Shown: positions 41,851 through 59,327, counted from the first letter of the whole stretch. The stretch: DNA of 63,896 nt, filler included, from Collodictyon triciliatum (GCA_043381765.1; 14 parts of 14 records of this genome joined end to end with filler, not necessarily neighbours in it); one strand, 5' to 3'. Numbers and translations: made by a program. Notes: generated by a model from the sequence alone, not told the origin.

Positions 41851-42440
41851 CTTTTCGTTTTTTTCTTTTCGTTTTTTTCTTTTCGTTTTTTTCTTTTCGT
41901 TTTTTTCTTTTCGTTTTTTTCTTTTCGTTTTTTTTTTGTTTTGTTTTTATATCTTCAACAGATGGCACAACCAACTGGATCCTGCAATCAGAAGAGAACC
42001 TTGGACCCAGGAGGAAGAACATACTTTGACTCAAGCCCAGAGTGAACTAGGGAACAAATGGTCAGAGATTTCCAAGCTGATTCCTGGAAGGTTTGCAGCT
42101 CACTTTACTTTTAGAAGGAAAGAAAAATAACCTACACAATACCCCTGGATGAAGCTATGTTTAGTTAAGTGTGAAGGAAATAATTGCAGCTAAATCTGTC
42201 TAGTATGTATACCCTCCTATTCTTATTCCATCTTTACCATCACAAGAAGTCGTGGGTATTTAATTTGGAATATGTCTCAGGACTGATAATGCGATAAAGA
42301 ATCACTGGAACTCTCTTGCCCGAAGAAGATTGATGGACTCGCCCCAAACTAACCTCCATTCACTGAACAGTGATTCGATTCCGTATCGCGTGAATGGAAC
42401 ATTCACGCTGAAACCAAGTAATAATTTATATGATTTATAA
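41389..42440 (+). CDS. Myb DNA-binding protein with two visible Myb repeats (ends uncertain)
   Basis: KAWSLEED...KWNAIATKLPGRTGKQCRER|WHNQLDP...WTQEEE...GNKWSEISKLIPGR|TDNAIKNHWNS. Confidence 0.92.
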
Positions 42441-42659
42441 GTGCGCCATGTCTCATATTCATGACCTTTCGGACTGAAATAACTTTGCGCCCTCTTTTTT
42501 AAAAGTGTATTTTATAGTAAATGCTACTTTCTCTTTTATATCTTATAATATTTACCATTCAACCTATTGAGTATAAATATTTACCATAACAAATAATTTT
42601 AATCTTTATAATTATTTTCATTATTCTTATTATTATTCTTATTATTATTATTATTATTA

Positions 42660-42744
42660 NNNNNNNNNNNNNNNNNNNNNNNNNNNNNNNNNNNNNNNNN
42701 NNNNNNNNNNNNNNNNNNNNNNNNNNNNNNNNNNNNNNNNNNNN
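42660..42744. other. Internal scaffold gap (85 N, no linker) flanked by (TTA)n
   Basis: This N run lacks the TTAATTAATTAA linker and has TTA repeats on both sides. Confidence 0.9.
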
Positions 42745-42747
42745 NTA

Positions 42748-43273
<526 letters not shown>

Positions 43274-43899
43274 GAAAATGGGAGCTCTTCATGATTATTG
43301 TCTACTTTTATCCAGCATCATAAATGCAAGTGGTAAAAATAAACGTGGGATGTGATGGGGTAATTCTGGTGTATTTGAATAATTTCCTTCTGATTCTATG
43401 GTTTATTTTTTCCCGTATCAATAAAAAAGCTATACCACAATGCTATCATGTTTGCTAGAATTGATTGAGAATATTTATGTCGCTTTACTCCTTACTTTTT
43501 TATGGTTTGTTTGTTTGATTTGTTTTTTGCGTGAAAAGTGAATATATTTAGTTTATGCGACAATAACACAAGCAAACTATGTATGTAATCAAACAAAATA
43601 TGGGGAGAAAATCGTCATGGTAGATGCCTACAGATAGAAAAAAGACAAACAAACGAACAAAACCATATTTTCTAGAAGGCAGGCTATCATATTCAATCAG
43701 GCATAACGGTTTGTGGTAGCGGTGAAGGGGTTTTCATTTTTGTGTATATCAGACCCGCTAAGGGATTTCATTTTAGATTGTGAGAGACCATCACAGTGAT
43801 GAAGCATGGCGCAAAAGAAGGATTTATCATGGGCATTGTCCATAGGGTCCAAAAGAATTGGGCGCCAGCGTAGAATGCAGGGCTGTGGTGGGATGTTGC

Positions 43900-45480
43900 T
43901 TAGTCAAACTTGTTTTCCAGGACGAAGCGGTAGCGGACACCACCAGCACGAACGCGCTCGAGGGCAGTATTGATGTTTTGGATGGGCAGAACTCCAATCC
44001 AAGGACTGACGTTGTACTAGGAAGCAAATTGCAACATTTCTTTGATTTCGAAAGTGGAGCCGATGACGCTGCCATATAGGCCGACATGGCTCATGATAAG
44101 ATTGAAGGGCGCGATTTTGGTGAGTTCCTCAGGGAGACCAACCACGACCATTTTTCTGTGAGTGTGGAGAAGTGAAAGATACCCGCCCCAGTTCATGTCG
44201 TTGCTGTTGGCTGTCACAAGGATAACATCCCACTAACAAATTCTGATTGTAAAAGAGTACACTTTCTATATTTTAGCAATAGACAAGCCCATATTAACGG
44301 ATTTTTGTGTTTGATTCGCAAACGGTCTTTGCAGCAGCAGCGATTTCGGCAGGGTTGCTACTGTTGATGAAGCGATGCGCTCCAAGCTTGATGGCTTCCT
44401 CTTTCTTTTTCTCTGAGTGAGAAATGGCGGTTACTTCGCCTCCTAGGGCCTGCATTATTTATTTTTGTTTTAAATATATGAACACATGAATCCTCTTTAA
44501 AGCGATATATGCCATGAAGTTATTTTATTTTGCAACATAAATGTCATAGTGAAAACAAACCTTGGCAAACTGAATTCCCAAATGCCCATGTCCTCCGATA
44601 CCAATGATTCCCACCTTGATTCCGTTGCTTGCACGGTCGCTGCTTATAAAAAAAAGCGTATATGTATTGCGCGTCGTTTCTTGTATCAAGAAATTATATA
44701 AATTAGGCATCTGTGAGTCTAAATGATGTCCCTACCGCCTCAGAGCAGCGAAAACTATGATTCCAACGCATAGAAGAGGAGCAGCAACATCAGAAGGGAT
44801 ACTCTCTGGGAAGAGGAAGGCGAAGTCGGACAAGAGACGGATGCGGTCGGCATATCCGCCCCTTGAGAGCTCACCGTCAGCGTAGGGTATATTGTAGGTG
44901 ATGACTTTCTTTGGGTACGATTGGTTATCCTTGTTGCTGCACTCATAAAATCGGGCTTCAGACAGGCAAAACACTGAGCGCCCACGCCCACTCGGTCTCC
45001 TGCCTTGAATGAAGGTCGATATTGATGAGAGGTGAGCGCAAGACTACGTAACATGCAAAGCTTTATATGAATGGAATCAATTTTATGAAACTTGACATCA
45101 GGTTCGTCATGTTAGGGCCTGTGGCAACAACCTCGCCAATAATCTCATGTCCAACAACCACAGGATAGACTGACCTCTTCCAGTCGTTATCGATGGTATG
45201 AGTATCTGTAAAGTTGTGGATAATACAGATAAGTGGAGCAACAACATCAGAGTCTACGGTGCGGCATTGGTTCTCATCACAAGATGAGCTTTACAACCTG
45301 TTGCTGCCTCTGTGTGTTTGTGACAAAGGCCACTCACCCGACCGCAGATTCTCAGTGGCTGATTTTGAACTCAATCTTGCGCGGGCCAAGGATGCGGGGG
45401 TGATATGTCCATGGCTCAAGAGCTGCTCCGGCACTCAATGCGGCATAGGAGTGGAATGAAACGCTGGTGTCAACGGCCAT
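43900..45480 (-). pseudogene. NADPH-dependent zinc alcohol dehydrogenase (ADH6/CAD-like) pseudogene
   Basis: YPVVVGHEIIG, GDRVGVG, GGYAD, AAPLLC, GIGGHGHLG and RYRFVL. There are 1-nt deletions at ~45352 (CGIC motif) and ~44950, and a premature TAG at 44017-44019. Confidence 0.88.
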
Positions 45481-46717
45481 GTGGCTGCTTTTTATATGGG
45501 ATAGAAGCGGGGTAAGTTGAAAGAAAATAAAGCAATCTTGATGGGCATTATCATTGGCGTGCTGGGTTGAGAAATCATTCCCAAGCTGTTCTGGCAAGGT
45601 TGAGGCGGGGTGATGAAAAATNNNNNNNNNNNNNNNNNNNNNNNNNNNNNNNNNNNNNNNNNNNNTTAATTAATTAANNNNNNNNNNNNNNNNNNNNNNN
45701 NNNNNNNNNNNNNNNNNNNNNTGGTAGCATCATAAAAAAAAAAAAAGACACGTTAATTCAGAAAAAGACATCAAAGCCTACAAAAAAAAAGAGTTCATTG
45801 GGATGAAACTTAAGAGGTAGACGGCATAAACAAAATTCTGAATCTTTATTCAGAAGGAAATCGCGAAGTTGCGTCATTTCAGAAAAAAAGAAAAAAAGAA
45901 AAGAAAATGAAAATGAAAAAGAAAAAGAAAAAGAAAATGAAAAAGAAAAAGAAAAAGAAAAAAGAAAGGGATTGCCCAGAAGGTCCCGAAAGCAATTCTC
46001 ACAAGTTCAGAAAAAGTGCACAGGCCAGCTCATCTACAGCAGCGGCGCCAATCGATCGACCAAATGAATATGAAAAGCTATAACCACCTTGACACAATCC
46101 AAGGAACGAATATAAAAAAGATAAATAAAAATAAAGAAAAAGCAAAGCAGGAAGATAGCTGGGAAGAAAAGAACCACACATAACATGTTGTTCGCATGTA
46201 CAGCAGAAGACAAGCAGCGTATAGCACTTGGCGTCCATCTGATTCCAGTGGCGACAGCAAAGTGCAGTGATTGGTTAAGCGAGAAAAGTGATTGATTGTT
46301 TTGCAGCGGAAACTGGCGATTTGATCGTTGTGCGGTTTAAGCGAAAAAGAAAGAATGAAGCCGTTGGCTAATCCTTTTGTGGTAGTGTCGAAAAATCAAT
46401 AAATCTCTGCGTAGTTCTAATTGTGGGGTTTATTCTCTATCATATATATAAATACTACCTGTCGGTCATATTTCTATAGGTTTGTAATAATTAATAAGAA
46501 AACACAATTATGCATTTGTTAATTGATATCGGTTTTAGTTTTCGAATGGCAACTCCCTTTTCTGTGGTCTAACGGCATTATCGTTCATTCCGCTAATTAG
46601 CACATTGTAGGCCTAGACTTCAATCAACATCTTCGGTTTATGGAATTGTTGTGCGGTGCGTGCGTTTTCTCCTGCGGTCTGTGTTATGAAAACTAGACTA
46701 CCCATAAAAAAAGGGAC

Positions 46718-48500
46718 TCATATCGGCTCTGGTGCGCTCTCTTCTGAAGAAAACTCTTGCACAAAGATACACGGCAGGTTATCCGGCTCATAAAATCGGT
46801 CCCCGTTTACATCGACAATCAGGCCGGTGATTTTTTGCACGCCAGGAATCAGAGGGAATAAATCGATTGTAATAACTTTACTCGAGCCAGGCGTTATTTC
46901 TCCAAGGTCCTAAATTGAATCAACAACCTGGTTAAATAACGTGTGCAGTTTGAATCAACAAATTAAAAAACAAAAGAATTATTTTTTTTCACTCCCCCTT
47001 TCAATTTTGTGCAGAACAAGAAAAGAGAGATAAGCAAAGAGATAGAGAAATAAAGGAAGTGCAGCTGAAACAAATGATAAGTAAGGCATTGAGTGCATGC
47101 CAGAATGCTGATAGAACTTTGTCAAAAAAAAAAAAAAAAAAAAAAAAAAAAACAGCATATTAGATGGGATGATAGAAGTCTTACTTTTCCCGATAAACCA
47201 TTGACGGTAATTCCGCTCATCTTTGAGGGATTTGTGGATAAGCGGCCAGTGATTACTCTTTCCGACTTATTCGTGACGGTGCAATGTATGGTGAAGGGAG
47301 CTTCAAGGTATATCAGTGATGGTATTTTTGTGACTACGAGTTCGATACTATCAGTCGTCGTGACCTTGATTGTGTAGTGAATTAGATGAAAACGAACGCA
47401 ATAGGCTCAAGTAACGAAAGTAATCCAACAAGTGGTATTTCGAGAAGCAGGAAAGTAGAAAAATCAGACTTGACTTTCGTAAAGATGGTATTAAATGTGA
47501 TCATTTTTTCGTTGGTGGGTGAGGTCAATTCTAGAAACTATTATCTTCTCACAATCACAAAATTGAAAGGAAGAATAAAAAAAATTATCTTCTCACAATC
47601 ACATACACAAATAGAGACAAAAGAAACAAAAAAGAAACAACAAGAAAAGAATGGAAAATTATAAGAACCTTTTTCTGTAACTGGTTAGTTTGTAGTCTCC
47701 CAGGAGCACCCATAGGTTGCCGCCAGAGCACATCAATTCTTCCATAATTAATATTTGCCTGTAAATGTGAATCAGTTTTGGAATTGCCTCTGGGAATTAT
47801 TTGAAACGTTTTGTTAAGTTGATTCATACACTCAATTACAAATGTGCTTTAACAGAATTATATCGCATATATGAGAATAAGAATCGTAGTCAAATCATTG
47901 AACCTTGGAGCTTCGGTCAGCTGTTCCTTTCGGTGCAACTTTGAAAAGGTACTGACGAACTTCTTCTGGTTTGATATAAAACATTTCCCCAAACACTGAT
48001 CTACACAAAAATTGAACAAACATGCGAGTCAATCCCTCACAAACATATTTTTTTCAAAGAGAACAAATAAATAAATTAGTACAACAGGAGTATTTAAGAA
48101 ATTAAAATAAAATCATAATAAATATGAGAAATTGAGATTGCCGATTGTTAAAAGTTTATTACTGAATTTGAAATATATTGAAATAATATGAACATAAAAA
48201 CATAATTATATAATAACCTATCGTTCACTTTTCCAAGAATCTCAGTTGATTCTGGAGGTTGACTGCTTCCTTGAGTACTTGCGTCCAGTACATTCAAATC
48301 CACACAGGAGTAGGAGGTAGAGGGCTCAAATCGGACAACATCCAAAAGTATAGGAAAATGTGTTGAATTTTGGATGTGAGCCTCTACGAAAACATTCTCC
48401 TAAATGGGAGAGATGAGATGCGACTTGAATTACATAGCATGTCTATTATCGATATTTCCATGCACCAGCTATTAAAAATTTTGTTCTTAAGCCATCGCAT

Positions 48501-48578
<78 letters not shown>

Positions 48579-49915
48579 ATATTTACTCGATGAACAGGAG
48601 CAAGACTCCTAAATGGTCTGAAAAAGAAAATATACAGGATTTACACAGCTTGTTGGTCTAAAAAGTGATATGATAATAGATGCATACGTTGACATTGAAC
48701 ATTTTTGTTCGCACAGACAACGGTGAAGTCACATTAAATCGAAAGAATTTTCGAAACTGCTTCTTTTCGCCGTCATACTTGGAGTACGATATGTTACAAA
48801 CGAGACTAAATATGTTTCAGTTCCCATTTGATAACGCAGACGAAAATTAACCATTGGTAAACGCACTTAACTGAAGAAATATTGAGGCTAATACAGGGTT
48901 GAAATATGAACACTGATCAATATGTTAAATGTTTGTTATTGATTACATGTGCAAGCCGAGTTCCTTGACTTCGTAGTTGACGATAGTGTCGTATCTTTCC
49001 GTTGATGGAATCTTTGGAATGGGGGTCGATGTGTTATCAAACAACGGGAATCTCTGAGTCTGGGTCTGGATTTCAACCTAGAAATGTATTCAGGATTTAG
49101 AAGAGACAAATGCTAACACGAAATATCTGACATGCGAAACATTAATGACTTAATGTGCTGATCACTGTTAAAGAAATGTAAAAGGACAAACACGTAGGCC
49201 GAACTGGAAGATGTCAAAGTAAGAATTGTTGTAAGTGCTGATGTAACTAACAAATGCCTCACCCAAGTACAGTTGTCTTTAATACAGTTTATAAATAGGA
49301 GAAAATAATATCAGAACATGATAAATTCAGAAGGTGCAACCAAATATTAGCCATCGTTAAATAGATACATTCATGGTATCCTAACAACTATTACATTAAA
49401 ATCCACATTTCGAATATAGGAAAAAAAACATTAAAATCCACATCTTTCAAAAAAATAAATTATATCTGGTAGCGGGAATAAAATGTTAATAAGAAAAATT
49501 AAAAAAAATAATTGACGGACATACACGAAAGTCTTTGGCAGGCAAAGGGCATCTGAAAGTGAAAATAAATCAGATGTTGGTGTTGCGTTGGCAGAGCCTC
49601 TCTGGAAGGAGTCAAATCCATACATATGCTCTCCTTGAAAAGCGAAGTTGGTGTAAAATAACGGTCTTGAAAGTCGAGTTACTATAGAAACATCAATTAT
49701 TGTTATGACTCATGAGCAAATGATTTTTTAAAAAAATTATGTTAGAACAAGATAACAATCGCAGAATACTATTATGTGCAGAGATGGTGATTGAAATAAC
49801 AGAGCAAGTTGCGGCTCCAGGATGATTTGACCTTTCAATGACAGATTTTGATCCTTGCTGTCTGTCGACTGAGAGTTCTTTGGGGGTAAACATCCATTTG
49901 GAAAGAAGAACGCTC
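46718..49915 (-). CDS. TRAPPC13: Trafficking protein particle complex subunit 13, 5'-partial
   Basis: LSLKV|TRLSRP, LCLPKTF, LGEAFVSYIS, YEVKELG, LVCNISY..GEKKQFRKFFRF, VFVEAHIQN and PLIPGVQKITGL; TGA at 46718-46720. Confidence 0.88.
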
Positions 49916-51852
49916 TTTTAATTCAAATTATTCATACAAATATAATGAACTGTTATAAAAATGAGGGGAAAATAGTTTTTATTGATGTTATAAAACAAAT
50001 ATTGGCAAAAAGAAAAGAAAGAAGACAAAAAGACAAAAAGACAGAAAGACAAAAGAAAAAGAAAAAGAAAAGAAAGGAAAAGAAAAAAGACAAAAGACAA
50101 AAAGACAAAAGACAAAAAGACAAAAAGACAAAAAGACAAAAAGACAAAAAGACAAAAAGACAAAAAGACAAAAAGACAAAAAGACAAAAANNNNNNNNNN
50201 NNNNNNNNNNNNNNNNNNNNNNNNNNNNNNNNNNTTAATTAATTAANNNNNNNNNNNNNNNNNNNNNNNNNNNNNNNNNNNNNNNNNNNNCAAAAAAAAA
50301 CCAAAAAAAAACCAAAAAAAACCAAAAAAAAACCAAAAAAAAACCAAAAAAAACCAAAAAAACAAAAAAAACCAAAAAAAACCAAAAAAAACCAAAAAAA
50401 ACCAAAAAAAACCAAAAACAAGAAAGGAAAAAAGAATAACAATACCTGTGACTTTAGGGATGCTAAACTTCTTGAGGATGACCATTCGGACAATGACTCG
50501 TTTTATAAAGGTGCTGTTGTTTTCGAGGAGATATGTAAGGAACTGATGGGATTATTCAGCCACTTTTTCTACTACCTGGATGGATTCAGCACCACTGAAC
50601 CAACTGGGTTGTAGGACAGAGATAGCACCATGAACTGAAACAAAAATACCTCCTTTCAAGAATCATGATTAAAGTCACTTTTTTTTTTTCATTTAAAAAC
50701 CCATGACATACTTAACTCAGACACATATCCATATTGTTTTTTTCACAACGACACCCAACCAAATAATAATAAAAAAAACCGTGCGTTATTTCCATTCAAG
50801 ACCATAAAAATCTCGAGAAACCAACAAACGAAGCAACAATACCCATGTTCCCCCACAACGAATGCCTTCTAAACAAGCATATATGTACTAGAATATTCCA
50901 GAATTTCACAAATCCACAGAATATAATTGTCCCCACAGCAAATAAACATCCTGGGGACATAATTATATTATTTTCAATAGAAATAATACATAAATAGCAT
51001 GATAAAACAAAATAGCCAACGAACCCACTTGCCGGGTTTTGATCAATCTGCATCCACAAAGTCCTTTGCTTTGATCGGCCTCGTCTCGCGGCCGCGGTGC
51101 AGGTTCACAGCCACAGGCAGAGCCACACAGAGAAGCGATCAAGTAGAAGCAGGCGACGAAAAGGCTGTGTTATTTTTTTGTCTCACATTATTGGGACTTT
51201 TCAATGTATATATATATTTTCAAGGCCACTTTTTCTTTGTTGCCTTTTTCTGACACAACGAGGTTCTTTTTCTTACCCGGCGAGGAAGTACTACAGCCGC
51301 GTGCAGTCCGCTCGATATATTGTGCTGTAGCGCTGTTGTTTGTGGGGTGGTTTCTTCTTTTGGCGCTTTCTTTTTTCTTTTCTTTTGTTGTTGCTATAAC
51401 CTTATTTGTTTCTCTCTTAGATTTATTTATAAAAGACCCTTTCTTTTCTCTTCATTTCAAGTGGTCGTTTCTTGTATTGATGCCTCTCTTAATTCGTTCC
51501 TGGCTGCGGCAGCTGAGCAGCTCGTCGCACTGTCTTAAAATTATATAGAGTTATGCTTAAATATCTGTTACATCAATTTGACACACATATCAACTTTATC
51601 TTTTGGAGTAGAAACAAGGTCTGTTTCTTCTCCGTTATGATTACTTGGGGGTTGCACCTTAGTTGAATGAACGGAGTCAAAGACCTTGATTTCATTTTAT
51701 TTAAGTTTTAACAACCTTAAACATAAGATTTGGAAACTTCGGATCTACCCCAAACTTTTGATCTTTACTTGTTGACTCGAAGGTTAATAAATAAGATCAT
51801 TTTGGTGACTTTCATATTACATATACTGTGATAAAATAGATATGCTCATATA

Positions 51853-52064
51853 TCATCACATCAGATCACATCACATCAGATCACATCAGATCACATCAGA
51901 TCACATCAGATCACATCAGATCACATCACATCAGATCACATCACATCATATCACATCACATCAGATCACATCACATCACATCACATCATATCACATCACA
52001 TCAGATCACATCACATCAGATCACATCACATCACATCATATCACATCACATCACATCACATCAC
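51853..52064. repeat. Compound pentanucleotide repeat (ATCAC/ATCAG/ATCAT)n directly upstream of the PRP43 ATG
   Basis: Direct reading; the repeat ends a few nt before ATG 52072. Confidence 0.93.
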
Positions 52065-52071
52065 AGCCACG

Positions 52072-54601
<2,530 letters not shown>

Positions 54602-54642
54602 TAAACCGAGATATATGCTCGATAATATTGAACAAGAACATA

Positions 54643-54759
54643 CCATAAAAAACCCCATAAAAAACCCCATAAAAAACCCCATAAAAAACCCCATAAAAAA
54701 CCCCATAAAAAACCCCATAAAAAACCCCATAAAAAACCCCATAAAAAACCCCATAAAAA
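54643..54759. repeat. 12-bp minisatellite (CCCCATAAAAAA)n in a PRP43 intron
   Basis: Direct reading. Confidence 0.93.
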
Positions 54760-55183
54760 NNNNNNNNNNNNNNNNNNNNNNNNNNNNNNNNNNNNNNNNN
54801 NNNTTAATTAATTAANNNNNNNNNNNNNNNNNNNNNNNNNNNNNNNNNNNNNNNNNNNNCAAAAAAGAAACAAAAAAGAAACAAAAAAGAAACAAAAAAG
54901 AAACAAAAAAGAAACAAAAAAGAAACAAAAAAGAAACAAAAAAGAAACAAAAAAGAAAACAAAAAGAAACAAAAGAAACAAAAAAACAAACAATTATCAA
55001 AGAACAATAAAATTGTCAACCAAAACTCAAAGTTAAGAGCTATATCATCTTTACTTCACAAGTTTTTTTAATATAATATCAATTATGCTTTTTTTTTTAA
55101 TATCAAGTATGCTTAACCAGTTTCACCGCCAGTGCATATATCTTATTTATTCTTGAAATATTATATTAACAATTTTCTAATAG

Positions 55184-58100
55184 GAAGAATTTGATCGATA
55201 TACGGGATATTGGTGGTCCCCCAGCACTACAGAAAGAGAGGCCGGAATTACTTCCTACTGCATCGCATATATTGAAATTAATGAAAAGGATGTTGAGAGA
55301 ATTTTTATCCCATCCGGCTCGCATGATGGAACTGTAGACGAATATATGTTCCCAAAACCTGGTTTAATATCTATATTCCTTGCATGCATATGCTCTCCCA
55401 ATATTTGAGAGATAATATATTTATATAATAGCTATACGTTAAGGAAAAGAAATAAGTGAAACTTTGTGTAATATTTTTTTAAAGGAAACAAAAATGCTAC
55501 GTCAAAGCTCTTTATTGCATTCGTGGATGTCCAATTCAACGAAAAAGGAGTAGAGGTTTGGTATTCCTTTTTCAAAAAGCAGCCATATGCAAATAAAAAT
55601 TTAATTTAAAGTCGACCATGTTACCTGATACTTTCTTTCTCTTTTCATATTTCCTCAAGACGGTCTCTGTGAGCCATCGTGAGATACTATCGTTCAAATC
55701 TGACAATTTTTCTTGGGTTGAGTATATCGTGACGGCGGGATGGACGAGCGATGGTTCTGGGTAGTTGAGCTACACATTATTGTACCATTATATGTTCGTT
55801 GTTAGACCACTGCCGTTTGAATTTTACACTTATAATCACGTTTATCTTCCTTATCTTTTGTATAATTTCAGAGTTTGGTTTCAGTTTATCGACCGAACTC
55901 AGCAAAAGGTTCAACTTGCCCTCTTTGACCTTCATGATTCAACAACTATTGGAGCAGGTTTTTTTCTTGCTATTTGTAAGCATAATACCAATGATAATTC
56001 GTTCACTCTTTTGTGAGCTGTATGCATGTCATTGAATGTGATGCATTGATGCCCTATCTTGATGAAATTTAACAAATTAACAGATTATTACCCCGTTGTT
56101 GTCTGGGAGGAAACATCCAATCACTGGATTAATGTAATATTCCAATAATATGTCCTCATCAGATAAAAATCAAGAAGTAATTGGCTTTATTTTATACTAG
56201 TGTGGGACTGGCCAAATTAACTTTTTATCTCGTAAAAATGCTGCGAGTGAGAAACTTTCAGAGTCAGGCCATATGATTTATGCGTCTGAGAAAAGTGGTT
56301 TCCGTCATTTTTACATGGTCAACTATTCAAAAGGAAAAGAACCATCTTCTTTCCAAATAACAGGTTTACATCCCATTCAAAATCACTTTAACAACGATGT
56401 TTTATCGTGGTTAAGAGATTCAAATATTGGTATATTGATTGATTTTTTGAAGCACCAAAAATAATATTTCAAAACCAAAATCCAGAAAATGAAGTGTTTC
56501 GATTTTTCTTTTATGTTCATTTCATCGGACAATAATATCGAGTTATATATCGACGTCTATTTTTTTTTTTAAAAAAACAAAAAACAAAAACCAGCATCAA
56601 TAAAAATTGAAAAGAATAAGAAAATATAGCTCATGTGTTCAATATTTCTATTTATTTCATTATAACATTAAGCATGGTAATTGTAGATGGACGTTGGGTT
56701 GCACTTCCATTTTCCGTTATAATCGATGAGGAGAAGGAAAACATATTCTTTACTGCAAATATAAATAGTCCTACTGAGCGCCAGCTCTGTGTTGCATCAT
56801 TCAAAAAGACTGAGGGAGAACCCAAAGTCACTCAGTAAGTCACACTTATCACAGCCATGTATATCCCTTTTTTCTTTTTTTCTCTTCTTTTTGCTTATAA
56901 AACAGTATATTACTCGGACTCCTTGCATATTCCGATTGCTTTATGACGGTGCTATTAAAATAATTATATAGATAATTTAATATAAAATACTTGATATAGT
57001 GTGAAAAGAATTTTCTACATTATTTAATTTCCCATACTAACTCTGGTGATGCAAAATATTGTACAAAGACTTAGCAACACCGGATTTACTTGCTCATCCT
57101 CTTTAAGCAGCAATGGCAAAATTGCAATCATCACAGAGTCTAATCTTACCACTCCGTTCCATACTTTTGCTTATAAAATATCTGATAGCGATGGCAGAAT
57201 TTACCTGGAGCAGTTTTGTTTTGTTTTGTTTTGTTTTGTTTCGCCTGCTCAATCATTCTCTCATATTTATATCTCAACATTCTCTGATGTAACTAGTAGT
57301 GTGCTGTATATGTGTGTTGTAATATATTTCTTATGCGTTCTGTAAAAAAATTTTCGCCCTTGGGATTGCTTATCGACCTTACTCTCGCCGATGAACAACC
57401 AGGCTCCGTCAAATTGAACACCCAGAGTCTGCGACATATTCTGTTATACCGAGCAATGTCCCCGAGATGTTCACATTCTTGACCAAGGATGGTATGATAC
57501 ATTTGTGGATGAAAAGGACATGCAAGCGCTTGCTTATCTATACCACTTGAACTATACTGAACTGCAAGAGAGAAATAAATATATGTTAATTCAACCAACT
57601 TTCCAAGACTTGCAACTTTATGGGCTGTACTACAAACCAGCTGGATACCAACCTGGCCGAAAGTACCCCACGATTTTATATGTGTATGGTGGACCACATG
57701 TTCAGGTATTTTCTCTTTTCTCCTTCCTCCTTCCTCTTTTGTTTATTTCGTTTATTTTATCTTATTTTATTTTGAGAAAATTACGTCACTCCCGCCAATC
57801 TCCTTTTGAGTTGGTGGCCGAGATATGATGCTTCACTATTATTGGTACGTCCCATTCACCTCGTGATGCGTCTTCTGTTCTCTCATACATGATCATTGTA
57901 CAATTATAGCTGGTGCTTCAATCATACGCCATGAGTCGACATGCCGAATTCCAAATCATGAGTTCTCAGGGCTACTTAGTCGTTGTTTTGGATGGACGCG
58001 GCTCAAATCATCGTGGTTCGGTTTTTCTCTGCAACCCTCTTCTCTTTATATATTCTCATCACGGATAGTGTAAAAGAACGCGCACTATACATATTCATAT

Positions 58101-59216
58101 GTTCATATATTACCTTTGAAAGTTTAATTTGAATGTCATATCTTCACCATCCTGCACAAAATTGAAAGGAAGAATAAAAAAATAAATTTGAATGTCATAT
58201 CTATATTTTTCTGTTTGTATACACCGACTGTATCTTAGAAGTATGTAACCACAGGATTTGAATTCGAATCTCATATATACCAGAAGATGGGAACAGTGGA
58301 GCTCCAAGACCAGGTAATTTTGATTTTAACAATCATTTTGGTGTAAAATAATTGTATCTTTTTTTTTTTTTTTTTGCAACTAGTAGTAGTGAAATGCAAT
58401 CGACAAAACCTTTTTATTATTCCAATGCGATGTAGATTATCTTACTTTTAATCTATTTCATCTGATTTGTACCCATGCTATTTAAAATTATCTCACTGCC
58501 TACTTGAAACTGTTTATGGAGCTACTCATGTTTATTTTGATAATGAAATATGTCTATCAACCATGCAATAAATTATGATTGCAGTGACACGAAACTAATT
58601 TTTTCTTGTTCCTCGGAACCCCATAGATTCAAGGGCTCGAGTACTTAAATGCTCAAGGACTGGTCGACACTGAGCGAATCGCAATCTATGGATGGTTTGC
58701 TTGTCATTACTTTGATAAAAACAGACAATTATATCAATAATTACTTCATGTACATTTTGTTTGTCATACCAGGTCATATGGTGGTTACATGTCCCTAATG
58801 GGCCTCTGCCAGCATTCCGACGTATTTCGTGTAAGAAAAGCGATAACATCGATGAGGGCCATTTCCCCCCTTTATTCGATTCAAAGACCTATGACATCGC
58901 TCATATTAACGCAAGCACAAACGATACTTTGACAAATAATCGTCCATAATCAACCTCCCAACCACAGGTCGGCATATCATGTGCTCCGGTTACTGACTGG
59001 CAACTCTACGACACAGCATACACAGAACGGTATTGTCTGTTATCATGCATGTTAATATATACCCACGCCGCTTGGTAATATCTACAGCAACCGCCCCATA
59101 ACTTACAAGAAACAATACTTTTATCCAAAATCAAGATATATGAATTTACCGTCTGTTAATGCCACTGGATATTCGAATGGCTCCGTCCTCACACGGGTCA
59201 ACGGGTTTCCGAACGA
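55184..59216 (+). CDS. DPP9: Dipeptidyl peptidase 8/9-like (peptidase S9B), internal fragment
   Basis: EEFDRYTGYWWSP, KYPTILYVYGGPHVQ, LDGRGSNHRG, GW|SYGG (catalytic Ser) and APVTDWQLYDTAYTER|YM. Confidence 0.92.
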
Positions 59217-59224
59217 GTACTCTG

Positions 59225-59327
59225 AATACAATACAATACAATACAATACAATACAATACAATACAATACAATACAATACAATACAATACAATACAATACA
59301 ATACAATACAATACAATACAATACAAT
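59225..59327. repeat. (AATAC)n microsatellite at a contig end. Other SSRs lie at about 4347-4478, 9156-9265, 13430-13626, 13727-13845, 18125-18198, 18299-18430, 19434-19490, 19974-20068, 22585-22770, 22871-22985, 27443-27580, 31818-31913, 32014-32105, 35185-35335, 37049-37097, 38400-38485, 38585-38630, 60773-60846, 62205-62310 and 63760-63892
   Basis: Direct reading; most contig ends coincide with SSRs. Confidence 0.93.

Noticed and set aside
50445-51330. Possible 5' exons of a minus-strand gene divergent from PRP43, including a possible 33-nt intron
   Set aside because: I could not build a consistent model or recognise a family.
54643-54759. (CCCCATAAAAAA)n at a contig end as a telomere
   Set aside because: It lies in an intron mid-PRP43, so the gene must continue beyond it, and the C-rich strand points the wrong way for a 3' chromosome end.
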